A stretch of DNA of 54,554 bases from Rugosimonospora sp. (GCA_051986465.1 JBPYFB010000152.1:1-54554); one strand, 5' to 3'. Shown: positions 34,539 through 43,393, counted from the stretch's first letter. Notes: generated by a model from the sequence alone, not told the origin. Numbers and translations are program-made.

Positions 34539-36512
34539 GTGCCGCCGCGCGTGTTGCTCGTCGACAACTACGACTCCTACACCTACAACCTGTACCAGCT
34601 CATCGGGCAGGTCACCGGGGTACCGCCGGTCGTGGTGCTGGGCGATGCCCTCGACCCGACCGAGCAGATCGACCGCGAATTCACCCACATCGTTGTCTCT
34701 CCCGGGCCGGGCCACCCGCATGCCGCCCCCGGTTGCCTGGAGCTGATCGCCGGTACCCGACTGCCGCTGCTGGGCGTGTGCCTCGGCCACCAGGCGATCG
34801 CGGTCGCGTTCGGTGGCACCGTGACGGCCGTACCGCCCCGGCACGGGTACGTCAGCACGATCGAGCACGACGCGCGCGGAGTCCTCGCGGGCCTGCCACA
34901 GGGGCTGCGGGCGGTCCGGTACCACTCGCTCGCGGTGACCCGGATGCCCGAGGCGCTGGAGGTCGCCGGGCGGGCCGAGGACGGCACGGTGATGGCCCTG
35001 CGCCACCGGGAGCGCCCGCTGCACGGCGTGCAGTTCCACCCGGAGTCGGTGGCCAGCACGCACGGCCGCCAACTGCTCGCCAACTTCCTCCTCGCCAACC
35101 CTGGCGCACCTCGATCGCCTGCGCCCCGATCGGCGGCGCCTCGGTCCGCCGGGCGGGCAAGGCTGCTCGTTCGGGAGGCGCCGTGGCGGGACCCCGAGGA
35201 CGTGTTCGTGGCGCATTACGCGCACCAGCCGTACACCTGCTGGCTGGACAGCGCCGACGCGCGCCCGGGGGAGCGGCGGTTCTCTTACCTCGGCGCGCCC
35301 GAGGGGCCGCGCGGACATGTGCTGACCGCGCCGCGAATCTTCGAGCGCCTGGCGGCGGGGGTACGCGAGCGCGCCGTCGATCCGGGGCAGGCGCCGTTCC
35401 CATTCCACGGCGGATACCTGGGGTACCTCGGGTACGAGCTCGACGACGCCGCTTTCCTTTACGTCGAGCGGTTCCTCGCCTTCGACCATGACGCGCGGCG
35501 GGTGTACGCGGCCGCGCTCGCCCGGCAGGGGGAGGAGCCCGCGGCGCGCGCGTGGCTGCGCGAGGCGACGGCGCGGGTACGGGCGACCCGCCGCGCCGAC
35601 CCGCCCTCCCGCGACGGTACGATGTCGCCGATCGTGTCCACAATGGACGATGACGGGTACGCGCGCGCGTTCGCGATCGTACAGCGTCACCTGCACCTGG
35701 GCGACTCGTACGAGGTGAACCTCACCTACCGCCTCGCGTTCACGTGCACCGCGCGCCACACCGAGCTCTACCGCCACCTCAGGCGTACCAACCCCGCGCC
35801 GCACGCCGCCTTCCTGCGGGTACCCGGTACCTCCGTGCTGTGCAGCTCGCCCGAGCGCTTCCTGCGCGTCGGTCCACATGGGACGGTCGAGGCGCGGCCC
35901 ATCAAGGGCACCCTGCCCCGGCACCCCGACCCGTACGCCGATGCTGTGCTGCGGGAGCGCCTCGGCAAGGATCCGAAGACGTTCGCGGAGAACCTGATGA
36001 TCGTCGACCTGCTCCGTAACGATCTGGGTCAGGTGTGCGAGCTGGGTACCGTCGCGGTACCGGAGCTGATGGCGGTGGAGTCGTACCCGACCGTGCACCA
36101 GTTGGTGAGCACGGTGACCGGAGTGCTCGCCCCCGGTACGGGCGCCGTGGCGGCGGTACGGGCCGCGTTCCCGGCCGGCTCGATGACGGGTGCGCCGAAG
36201 CTGCGCACGATGCAGATCATCGATGAGGTCGAGCACGACCCGCGCGGCGTCTACTCCGGCGCCCTGGGCTACTTCAGCCTCTCCGGCGAGGCGGACCTCG
36301 CGGTCGTCATCCGCACCATCGTGGCCCGCGGTACCGGCATGACGATCGGCGTCGGCGGCGGCGTGGTGACCCTCTCCCAGGTCGCCGACGAGCGGGCCGA
36401 GGCGCAGCTCAAGGCGGCGGCTCTGGTGGAGGCGGCGCGCCGGGCCTGCGCCGCGCAGGAGTTGGCTGTGCCGCTCACCCTGATCACCGCCCACGGGCCG
36501 CAACTTCATTGA
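34539..36512 (+). CDS. pabAB: Fused aminodeoxychorismate synthase (glutamine amidotransferase plus chorismate-binding component)
   Basis: N-terminal GATase LLGVCLGHQAI...GVQFHPES. C-terminal chorismate-binding domain VARPIKGT..., GSMTGAPK, GGGVV. GTG start. Confidence 0.85.
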   Translation: MPPRVLLVDNYDSYTYNLYQLIGQVTGVPPVVVLGDALDPTEQIDREFTHIVVSPGPGHPHAAPGCLELIAGTRLPLLGVCLGHQAIAVAFGGTVTAVPPRHGYVSTIEHDARGVLAGLPQGLRAVRYHSLAVTRMPEALEVAGRAEDGTVMALRHRERPLHGVQFHPESVASTHGRQLLANFLLANPGAPRSPAPRSAAPRSAGRARLLVREAPWRDPEDVFVAHYAHQPYTCWLDSADARPGERRFSYLGAPEGPRGHVLTAPRIFERLAAGVRERAVDPGQAPFPFHGGYLGYLGYELDDAAFLYVERFLAFDHDARRVYAAALARQGEEPAARAWLREATARVRATRRADPPSRDGTMSPIVSTMDDDGYARAFAIVQRHLHLGDSYEVNLTYRLAFTCTARHTELYRHLRRTNPAPHAAFLRVPGTSVLCSSPERFLRVGPHGTVEARPIKGTLPRHPDPYADAVLRERLGKDPKTFAENLMIVDLLRNDLGQVCELGTVAVPELMAVESYPTVHQLVSTVTGVLAPGTGAVAAVRAAFPAGSMTGAPKLRTMQIIDEVEHDPRGVYSGALGYFSLSGEADLAVVIRTIVARGTGMTIGVGGGVVTLSQVADERAEAQLKAAALVEAARRACAAQELAVPLTLITAHGPQLH

Positions 36513-36564
36513 AGTTGCGGTGTTGGGGCGGTCCCAACCCCGCAACTTCAATGAAGTTGCGGGG
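36498..36564. repeat. Nested palindrome cluster / bidirectional terminator candidate
   Basis: CCGCAACTTCA-T-TGAAGTTGCGG (36498-36520, contains the pabAB stop), GTTGGG-gcggt-CCCAAC, then CCCCGCAACTTCA-A-TGAAGTTGCGGGG (36538-36564). The whole 67 nt is nearly self-complementary. Confidence 0.85.
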
Positions 36565-36610
36565 ATCTTGGGGCAGGGCCGGGGCCTCGGGGGCGGGCGG
36601 CGCGGCGCGG

Positions 36611-37402
36611 TTAGTGACCGGAGCTTTCGTAGCGGCGCAGGCCGGACTGGAACATCAGCAGGGCGAGGCCGACGCAGCAGGCGGCGACGAGCGGGGTCAA
36701 CAGGCCGACCCAGGCGAGGTGGCCGCGGTGCAGCACCGCCGTCGCCGGGAAGAAGCTCACAAGGGCGTACGGCATGATGCCGATGAGCACCACGCGCAGC
36801 ACCGTGCCGTACACCGTGATCGGGAAGCGGGCCAGCTCGCCGACCTGGTACACGGCGCCGGCGAACAACGTGAACGGGCCGGGCACCCAGAAGCAGACTG
36901 CGTTGCTGGCGATGACGATCGCGAACTTCACGCCGATCGCGGAGACCAGCAGCACCAGGCCGAGCGCGATTGTGGGTACCGTCCAGTGCACGCCGGCCCG
37001 GGACAGCGCCCAGACGAGCAGCGGTACGCCGGTCACCAGCGAGCCGAGGCCATGAAAGCCGAACGTGCCGCTCGTCAACTGGAGCACAACCGGGTACGGC
37101 CGGGCCAGCGCGTAGTCCAGCTCGCCCTGGTTGATGATGAACGGCAGCGCCCACGCCCCGTCGATCAGCAGCGCGCCGGCGCCCTCGGCAATCGAGATGA
37201 GTGAATACATCGCGACCACGTCGGGCAGCGTCCAGCCGTCGATCGAGGGTATCCGGGAGAACAGCACGCCGAGGAAGGCGAGCCCGAACAGCGGGCCGAG
37301 CAGGCCGGCGACGACCAGGAGCCAGAAATCCGACTGGTACTCGAGTACCGCGCGGATGTGCGCGCCGAGGCAGCGCCGGTACAGCCAGAGCGTCCGTCGC
37401 AT
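36611..37402 (-). CDS. ABC-2-like transporter permease, second subunit
   Basis: 263 aa, polytopic. Follows a paralogous permease and an ATPase in one co-directional cluster. Confidence 0.8.
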   Translation of the reverse strand: MRRTLWLYRRCLGAHIRAVLEYQSDFWLLVVAGLLGPLFGLAFLGVLFSRIPSIDGWTLPDVVAMYSLISIAEGAGALLIDGAWALPFIINQGELDYALARPYPVVLQLTSGTFGFHGLGSLVTGVPLLVWALSRAGVHWTVPTIALGLVLLVSAIGVKFAIVIASNAVCFWVPGPFTLFAGAVYQVGELARFPITVYGTVLRVVLIGIMPYALVSFFPATAVLHRGHLAWVGLLTPLVAACCVGLALLMFQSGLRRYESSGH

Positions 37403-37403
37403 C

Positions 37404-38192
37404 TCAGCCTCCGTGCACCGTGAGCTGGCGGATCGCCCAACGCCAGACGAGGCGGCTACCGAAGATGAGTGCCACGGCCCAGACGAGCTGGATGGCCAGC
37501 AGCCGGGCCGCGCCCGCGCCGTGCGCCTGGCCGAGGTAGATCAGGGCGGGACTCGAGGTGGTGCTCGCGAAGGGCAGGGCCAGGGCCGTGCTGTGCAGCC
37601 AGCCCGGGAAGAACGACAGGGGTACCAGCGCACCCGACATCAGGTTCGCCACCCCGGTACGCAGCCAGATCACGCCGTTGTAGTTCTCCGTCCAGAAGCA
37701 GAGCATCGTGCTGAGATACACGATGCTGAATTTGATCGGGATGACCAGCAGCACGCTCGCCGCGAACAGCACCGCCTGACCTGGTTCCGGGGTTGCCACG
37801 CTGCCGGTGAGCGCGACGACGCCGAGCGCGACCACGCCGGTCGCGACCAGCTCCGCGCCGATCCTGCCGGCCGCGGAGGCCAACTGCGCGCCCTGGTAGT
37901 CGACCGGCCGGGTCAGGTCGAGCGCGACCATCCCGCTACGGATGCGGTTCGCCATGCCCCAGTCGCCGAACGTGCTCATCAGCGCGCCGGTGCCGAACGC
38001 GACGAGCAGGTACGCCTTGATCTGCGCCCAGCCGTACCCGCCGAAGCCGTGCCCCTCGCGCAGCAGCACGCGCCACACCGCGAGCAGCGCGACCATCTGG
38101 AACACCTGCCCGAACAGGCCCAGCACGAAGCCCAGCCGGTAGGTCGTCAGCGCCCGCCAGGAGGCCCGGGCCAGAGCCAGATAGCCGGTCAC
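37404..38192 (-). CDS. ABC-2-like transporter permease, first subunit
   Basis: 262 aa, polytopic. The start overlaps the ATPase stop. Confidence 0.8.
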   Translation of the reverse strand: MTGYLALARASWRALTTYRLGFVLGLFGQVFQMVALLAVWRVLLREGHGFGGYGWAQIKAYLLVAFGTGALMSTFGDWGMANRIRSGMVALDLTRPVDYQGAQLASAAGRIGAELVATGVVALGVVALTGSVATPEPGQAVLFAASVLLVIPIKFSIVYLSTMLCFWTENYNGVIWLRTGVANLMSGALVPLSFFPGWLHSTALALPFASTTSSPALIYLGQAHGAGAARLLAIQLVWAVALIFGSRLVWRWAIRQLTVHGG

Positions 38193-39187
38193 AGCACCAA
38201 CTCCCCGGCGTACACGCGGCGCACCACGTCCTCGATCGCCGGCTCGTCGATGTGCAGGTCCTGGACCTCGGAGAGCGGTGTGATCGCCGTGAGGATCTCG
38301 CCGACGGTCAGCGCGAACCGGTCGAAGCGGACCACGTAACTGCCGCGCCCGTCGCCCTCGCTCACCTCGGTGTCGGGCAACCGTGCCGCGACCGCGGGCA
38401 GTGGCAGCGGATCGGCGAGCTGCATGTGCAAGGTGCGGTGCCGGGCGAAGTGGTCCTTCACCGCGGTCAGGTCGCCGTCGTAGACGATGCGGCCCTCGTC
38501 GATGATGACCAGCCGCTGGCAGATGTCTTCGATGTCGCCGAGGTCATGGGTGGTGAGGATGATGGTGGTCCCTTCGTCGCGCAGATCGCGCAGGAACTCC
38601 CGGACCCGGTCCTTTGCCGATATGTCCAGTCCGATCGTTGGCTCGTCCAGGTACACGATGCGCGGCTCGTGCAGCAGCGTGGCGGCGAGGTCGGCGCGCA
38701 TCCGCTGGCCGAGGGAGAGCTTGCGGGCCACCAAGGGGAGCAGTTCACCGATGCCGAGTACCGCGTCGAAGCGCTCCAGCCGGCGCGCGTACGCCTGCGC
38801 GCCCACGCCGTACATGTCGCGCATCAGTTCGAGGGTGTCGCGTACCGGCAGGTCCCACCACAACTGGCTGCGCTGGCCGAACAGCACGCCGATCTGGCGG
38901 GCGTTGGCGCGCCGCTCGCGGTGCGGGACGATCCCGCCTACCCGCACCTCGCCTGAGGTTGGCACGAGGATGCCGCTGAGCAGCTTGACCGTGGTGGACT
39001 TGCCCGCGCCGTTCGGCCCGACGTACGCGACCGACTCGCCGGCCTCGACCGACAGCTCCACCTTGGATACGGCCTCGGTCGTCCGGTACCGGCGCCGGAC
39101 GAGGTGTGCGAGTGACCCCCGAAGCCCTGGTCCCTTGTCTGCCCGCCGGAAGACCTTCGTCAACTGGTGAGCCTCGATGATCGTCAC
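38189..39187 (-). CDS. ABC transporter ATP-binding protein
   Basis: GPNGAGKSTT, LSLGQRMRADLAATLL, VYLDEPTIGLD, ILTTHD. Confidence 0.92.
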   Translation of the reverse strand: MTIIEAHQLTKVFRRADKGPGLRGSLAHLVRRRYRTTEAVSKVELSVEAGESVAYVGPNGAGKSTTVKLLSGILVPTSGEVRVGGIVPHRERRANARQIGVLFGQRSQLWWDLPVRDTLELMRDMYGVGAQAYARRLERFDAVLGIGELLPLVARKLSLGQRMRADLAATLLHEPRIVYLDEPTIGLDISAKDRVREFLRDLRDEGTTIILTTHDLGDIEDICQRLVIIDEGRIVYDGDLTAVKDHFARHRTLHMQLADPLPLPAVAARLPDTEVSEGDGRGSYVVRFDRFALTVGEILTAITPLSEVQDLHIDEPAIEDVVRRVYAGELVL

Positions 39188-39398
39188 GGAAGCGATCCTG
39201 GCACGCTTTCGTTTAGACGCCCAACGAATTTCCCGTACGTGGCCTCTTGCCGCGTTCGCAGGGACTCTCCGTTTTCTCTCACGGAGACTCCGTCGAATTC
39301 GCGGATGAAGCCGCCAACCGGATTAAAGCCGCACTGAGCTTGGCGAGGAATACTGGTTTGCGCGGATGGGTAGCAGGTTGGAGTGAAACGCGCGGCAC

Positions 39399-39417
39399 CC
39401 ACACGACGCCGTCGTGT
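39399..39417. promoter_or_regulatory. Perfect 19-nt palindrome just upstream of the STAS gene
   Basis: CACACGACG-C-CGTCGTGTG, ending 22 nt before ATG 39440 and running into a GT-rich tract (39413-39430). Confidence 0.45.
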
Positions 39418-39439
39418 GTGTGTATGTGTGGGAGAGGCG

Positions 39440-39787
39440 ATGGGCATCGACCTACGACGAGAGCCGCATGGCGATGGTCGAGTCGTGGTGTGGGTCTCGG
39501 GCGATCTGGATCTGTCTACAAGGGACAGCTTCGTGGACACAGTACGTGAGGTGCTAGCAGGCGGGGAGCCGACCGCCGTCATTATCGACCTGTCAGGCGT
39601 ACGCTTCCTTGACGCCGTTGGGATCGGGGGGCTGTTGCGGGCTCGGTCGCTCGCGTTGACGAGCGGCGTGACCATGGAGGTCAGGGGCCCGAAAGGAATG
39701 GTCGAGACGGTGCTGCGGATCACGCGGGCCGACGAGGTTCTCGGTACGGCACCAACGGTTCCTCCAGGACCCGAAGGTCCTGGTTAG
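39440..39787 (+). CDS. STAS-domain protein (anti-sigma-factor antagonist family)
   Basis: VWVSGDLDLSTRDSF...VIIDLSGVRFLDAVGIGGLL. The position of the phosphorylatable Ser in SpoIIAA/RsbV (DSSG) reads DAVG. SD gggagagg. Confidence 0.85.
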   Translation: MGIDLRREPHGDGRVVVWVSGDLDLSTRDSFVDTVREVLAGGEPTAVIIDLSGVRFLDAVGIGGLLRARSLALTSGVTMEVRGPKGMVETVLRITRADEVLGTAPTVPPGPEGPG

Positions 39788-39796
39788 GAGGCGCAG

Positions 39797-40543
39797 GTGG
39801 CTGCGCTCAGTTGTAGGGTACGCAGTCAGGGCTCCGTCGTCCTCGTGGAGGCGGACGGACGGCTGGACATGGCGTCGGTACCCTCTATGCGCATCACGCT
39901 CCTCAAATGCCTGGCCGACTCACCGAGCGCGGTAATCGTGGACCTGTCCCACGTATTGGTACGGGAGCTGCTCGCGCTCGCGGTCTTCCCATCGGTACGG
40001 CGGCAGACCGCCGACTGGCCGCCGGTACCGCTGCTGGTGTGCTGCCTCGACCCGAGGACGGTACCCCCGCGCCACCGCCGCCGATGGCTGGGCGAGACCA
40101 CCGTGTTCGACAACCTGGCCGAGGCGGAGGCCGCCGCGACCCGTCCCGACCTGCTCGACCGCCGGGTACACGCGTGGTTGCCGCTCAGCATCGAAGCGCC
40201 CGTACGCGCGCGCGAACTGGTCGCGATCGCCTGCCGGGCGTGGGGTATCGAGCACCTGCTGCCGGCCGCCGAGGTGATCGTGTCCGAGCTGGCCGCCAAC
40301 GCCATCTGCCACGCGTCGGGGATACCGCGCCTGGTGATCGTGCGCGGCGACCGGTACCTCCACCTGGTCATGCGGGACGGCAGCCGGCGCATGCCGGTGA
40401 TGGTCGACGACGAGGCGTTCGACGTGGCCGCCGAGCACGGACGAGGGCTGCGGCTGGTACGGGACCTCGCCGCGAGCTGGGGCGCTCAGGCAGGCGGCGA
40501 CGGTAAGGCGGTCTGGGCGACCCTGCCACTGATATCCGTCTGA
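39797..40543 (+). CDS. Fusion protein: degenerate STAS-like N-domain plus RsbW/SpoIIAB-type HATPase_c (anti-sigma kinase-like) C-domain
   Basis: N-terminus VVLVEADGRLDMASVPSMRITLL...VIVDLSHV. C-terminus ARELVAIACRAWG...IVSELAANAICHA...GRGLRLVRDLAASWG. GTG follows SD taggagg. Confidence 0.8.
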   Translation: MAALSCRVRSQGSVVLVEADGRLDMASVPSMRITLLKCLADSPSAVIVDLSHVLVRELLALAVFPSVRRQTADWPPVPLLVCCLDPRTVPPRHRRRWLGETTVFDNLAEAEAAATRPDLLDRRVHAWLPLSIEAPVRARELVAIACRAWGIEHLLPAAEVIVSELAANAICHASGIPRLVIVRGDRYLHLVMRDGSRRMPVMVDDEAFDVAAEHGRGLRLVRDLAASWGAQAGGDGKAVWATLPLISV

Positions 40544-40636
40544 AGCTGCACGGGGTCCAGGGTCACGATGTGCTGTGGGACATCCTGATCGGCCTCGGCG
40601 TCGCCCTGCTGCGCCGGCTGACCGGCCTTCCAGTGT

Positions 40637-41446
40637 CTACAGTGGAGTCTGCGGACTGAACTGCTCGTTGATGATGTCGATGAGCTCCGCGTGCGTCTGC
40701 GCGTCGGCCGCCGCGACGAGCCCGTGCTCGCCATCGCGCAGCGGCTGCCCGCGCAGGCCCGTCACCACGCACCCGGCCGCCTGGCACAGCGCGACGCCGG
40801 CTGCGAAGTGGACACTGTCGGCGAGCCCACCGTGCGCGATGTACGCGGCGCGCCGTCCCGCCGCGACCCACACCACGGCGAGGCTCGTGGAGATCACCCG
40901 GGGCAGGTACGCCGCGGTGAACCGCGGGCTGGCCAGCAGCTCGGTCGGCCGGAACCGGTCGTTGTCTGGTTTCGACGGGTCGAGGTCCACGTCGACGAGG
41001 CGGCTCGCCGGTGACGGTACCAACGGCTCATCACTGCCCCCGCGCCGCACGTGGGCCGCGCGCCCGTCCGTCCAGAACACCTCGCCCGCCATTGGATCGG
41101 CGCCCGCCGCCGCGACCGCGGCGCCGGCCTTCCGCAGCGCCACGTTGACGACGAACAGTGGTGTCTGCGCGGCGAAGTTCAGCGTCCCGCACAGCGGGTC
41201 GACGAGCCAGGTGCGGCCGTCCGAGGTGTCCCCGATGGCGCCCAGCTCCTCACCCTGGAAGGCGTCGCCCGGGCGTTCGGCCTGGAGCACGCCGAGGATC
41301 GCCTTCTCCGCATCGACATCGGCGTCGGTCGCGAAGTCCAGCGTCGTCTTGTCGAAGCGGGCCAATGCCGTGCCGAACCGGGCGCGGGCCACCGCCGCGC
41401 CCGCCTGTGCCGCGGCGATCGCCACTTCCGCATCGCTGAGAGCCAT
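40637..41446 (-). CDS. Inositol-monophosphatase-family protein with a variant metal-binding motif
   Basis: FQGEELG and WLVDPLCGTLNF (canonical W.DP.DGT.NF), with a C-terminal AAGVAL motif region. ATG 41446. Confidence 0.85.
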   Translation of the reverse strand: MALSDAEVAIAAAQAGAAVARARFGTALARFDKTTLDFATDADVDAEKAILGVLQAERPGDAFQGEELGAIGDTSDGRTWLVDPLCGTLNFAAQTPLFVVNVALRKAGAAVAAAGADPMAGEVFWTDGRAAHVRRGGSDEPLVPSPASRLVDVDLDPSKPDNDRFRPTELLASPRFTAAYLPRVISTSLAVVWVAAGRRAAYIAHGGLADSVHFAAGVALCQAAGCVVTGLRGQPLRDGEHGLVAAADAQTHAELIDIINEQFSPQTPL

Positions 41447-41451
41447 GCCGG

Positions 41452-41937
41452 TCAGCCCATCGTCTTGGCGCCGTCGAGGGACTCCCGGATGATGTCCGCG
41501 TGCCCGGCGTGCTGCGCGGTCTCGGCGATGATGTGCAGCAGGACCCGCCGGACCGACCACGCTGATCCGGGCTTGTGCCAGGGCGCCTTGGGTAGCGGAT
41601 GGGACACGTCCAGGTCGGGCAGCGAGGTCACCAGTTCGTCGGTACGTCGCGCGACATCCGCGTACTTGTCGAGCAGACCCGCGAGGGTCTCGCCGTCCAG
41701 CATGCGGAAGGCGTTCGCCCAGTCGAGCGGCTCGGCCTGCATCGCCTCGGCGCCGCCGACCACGAAGCGCATCCAGCGCTCCTCGGTGATCGCGACATGC
41801 TTGATGAGTCCGCCCAGGCACAGCTCGCTCTTTGTGGTCCGCAGCGCGGCCTGCTCATCGGTCAATCCGCGCGTCGTGTGCCGCAGGAACCCCCGGTGCC
41901 TGTCAAGCGACTCCAACAGGTCGGCCCGCTCGCCCAT
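41452..41937 (-). CDS. DinB/DUF664 family protein (paralog of 2535-3062)
   Basis: LLHIIAETAQHAGHADIIRESLDG and LGGLIKHVAITEERW. Confidence 0.85.
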   Translation of the reverse strand: MGERADLLESLDRHRGFLRHTTRGLTDEQAALRTTKSELCLGGLIKHVAITEERWMRFVVGGAEAMQAEPLDWANAFRMLDGETLAGLLDKYADVARRTDELVTSLPDLDVSHPLPKAPWHKPGSAWSVRRVLLHIIAETAQHAGHADIIRESLDGAKTMG

Positions 41938-42002
41938 CCCGTACCCCCCATTCCGGTTTGCCCACCGACCTTAGAGTAGGCCGCGTGCTTGCCGAGCGTC
42001 GC

Positions 42003-43010
42003 ATGCTTACGAGGACTCACATGCCTACCTGGCGTCCCAGCTTGGCATGGCGTCGGATGCTTACGTGGAAGGGCCTCGTGGCGGGCGCGTTCATCGTTCC
42101 GTTCGCGGCCTGGGCGCTGGTGCGGCTGCTCGGACTTGAAGACCACGCCTGGCCGTTGGTCGCCGCGATGGCTTACACGACCTACGCCGCGCTCCTCGCC
42201 CTGCTCCCCGTCGCGCTCGCGCTGGCGTTGCGCCGCTGGGTCGTCGCCGGTATCGCCGCCCTCGTCGCGCTCTGCCTCGCGGCGTGCGTGGTGCCGCGCG
42301 GGCTCGGCGGACCCGACCGCGGCTATGGTCCGGCGTTGCGCGCAATGACGTCGAACCTGCGGGTCGGTGGCGCGGATCCCGGTACCCTCGTCGCGCTCGT
42401 CCGCCGGCAAGGCGTGGATCTGCTCGCGCTTCAGGAGTTCACGCCGCGGGCGGAGGAGACGCTGCGCGACGCCGGGCTGGAGCGCCTCCTGCCGTACCAC
42501 GCGGCGTACCCGGTCGACGGCGTCGGTGGCGCGGCGCTGTACAGCCGGTACCCGCTTCGCGATACCGGGTTCCGGCCGTTGCCACCCTTCTTCGGCCAGG
42601 CGTACGCGACGCTGGACGTACCGGGCGCGGTACCGGTCCTCGTCGAGTCGGCCCACCCGTGCGCGCCGTCCGACCCGTCCCGCATCACCGACTGGCGGCA
42701 CGACCTCGCCGCCGAGCCCCGAGCCATCCCGCACGGTCCGGTACGGCTGCTGCTCGGGGACTTCAACGCGACGCTGGACCACGCACCGCTGCGCGCGCTG
42801 ATCGGCTCCGGGTACCGGGACGCCGCCTCGGTGGTCGGGGCCGGCTTCGTACCGACGTGGCCGTACGACGGCAGGCTCCTACCGAAGACGACGATCGACC
42901 ACGTGCTGGCCGACCAGCGGATCGGGGTACGGCGCGTCTCCGCGTACCCGATCCCGGACACGGACCACCGTGCGCTGTTCGCGGAGCTGACGCTGCCCGC
43001 GGGCGGGTGA
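42003..43010 (+). CDS. Membrane-anchored endonuclease/exonuclease/phosphatase (EEP) family protein
   Basis: Three or four N-terminal TM helices, then the EEP core LLALQEF...LVESAHP...LLGDFNAT...IDHVL...SDHRAL-type motif (TDHRALF). Start is ATG 42003, GTG 41985 or ATG 42021. Confidence 0.85.
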   Translation: MLTRTHMPTWRPSLAWRRMLTWKGLVAGAFIVPFAAWALVRLLGLEDHAWPLVAAMAYTTYAALLALLPVALALALRRWVVAGIAALVALCLAACVVPRGLGGPDRGYGPALRAMTSNLRVGGADPGTLVALVRRQGVDLLALQEFTPRAEETLRDAGLERLLPYHAAYPVDGVGGAALYSRYPLRDTGFRPLPPFFGQAYATLDVPGAVPVLVESAHPCAPSDPSRITDWRHDLAAEPRAIPHGPVRLLLGDFNATLDHAPLRALIGSGYRDAASVVGAGFVPTWPYDGRLLPKTTIDHVLADQRIGVRRVSAYPIPDTDHRALFAELTLPAGG

Positions 43011-43393
43011 GCCCATTGGGCCGGCTGGAGACGATCAGTTATGACGGCTTCGACGGCCGCGACTTCCACCGGTCAGTCGGGCAGGATGAACTCGCCGCCA
43101 TCTATGCGTCGCTGCGCTACCCAGCGACGTTCGAGTGGCAGGGTACGGACGGCGAATGCCTCATCGTCAGCGTGGACGGCGAGCGGTCTACTGCCACGAT
43201 CGGGGTGGACCGTTCGTTCTACAAACTCATCTACGCAGAAGCCGACGGTGCGGTCGAGATGGAGCTTGGCGGCCACATCGAGATGTACCCTCGCCGCATT
43301 GTCATCCCGGTGCCTCTCGGGCTCAGTCTTCTGCTCCGGATGCCAGATCTCGCGGGCGTGATGCGCGATTACCGCTGGGAGATCGAGGATTGA
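43007..43393 (+). CDS. Small hypothetical protein (128 aa), translationally coupled to the EEP gene
   Basis: GTG 43007 overlaps the EEP stop (GTGA). The frame has a clear but lower GC3 bias, about 80 % by hand count. No signal peptide. Ends YRWEIED. Confidence 0.6.
   Translation: MSPLGRLETISYDGFDGRDFHRSVGQDELAAIYASLRYPATFEWQGTDGECLIVSVDGERSTATIGVDRSFYKLIYAEADGAVEMELGGHIEMYPRRIVIPVPLGLSLLLRMPDLAGVMRDYRWEIED

Noticed and set aside
33732-37154. 1140-aa ORF on the minus strand
   Set aside because: Only its last 229 codons (the C1 peptidase) look coding. The rest is antisense to pabAB and out of frame with the ABC permease. It is Arg/Pro/Gly-rich, as expected for non-coding frames of high-GC DNA.
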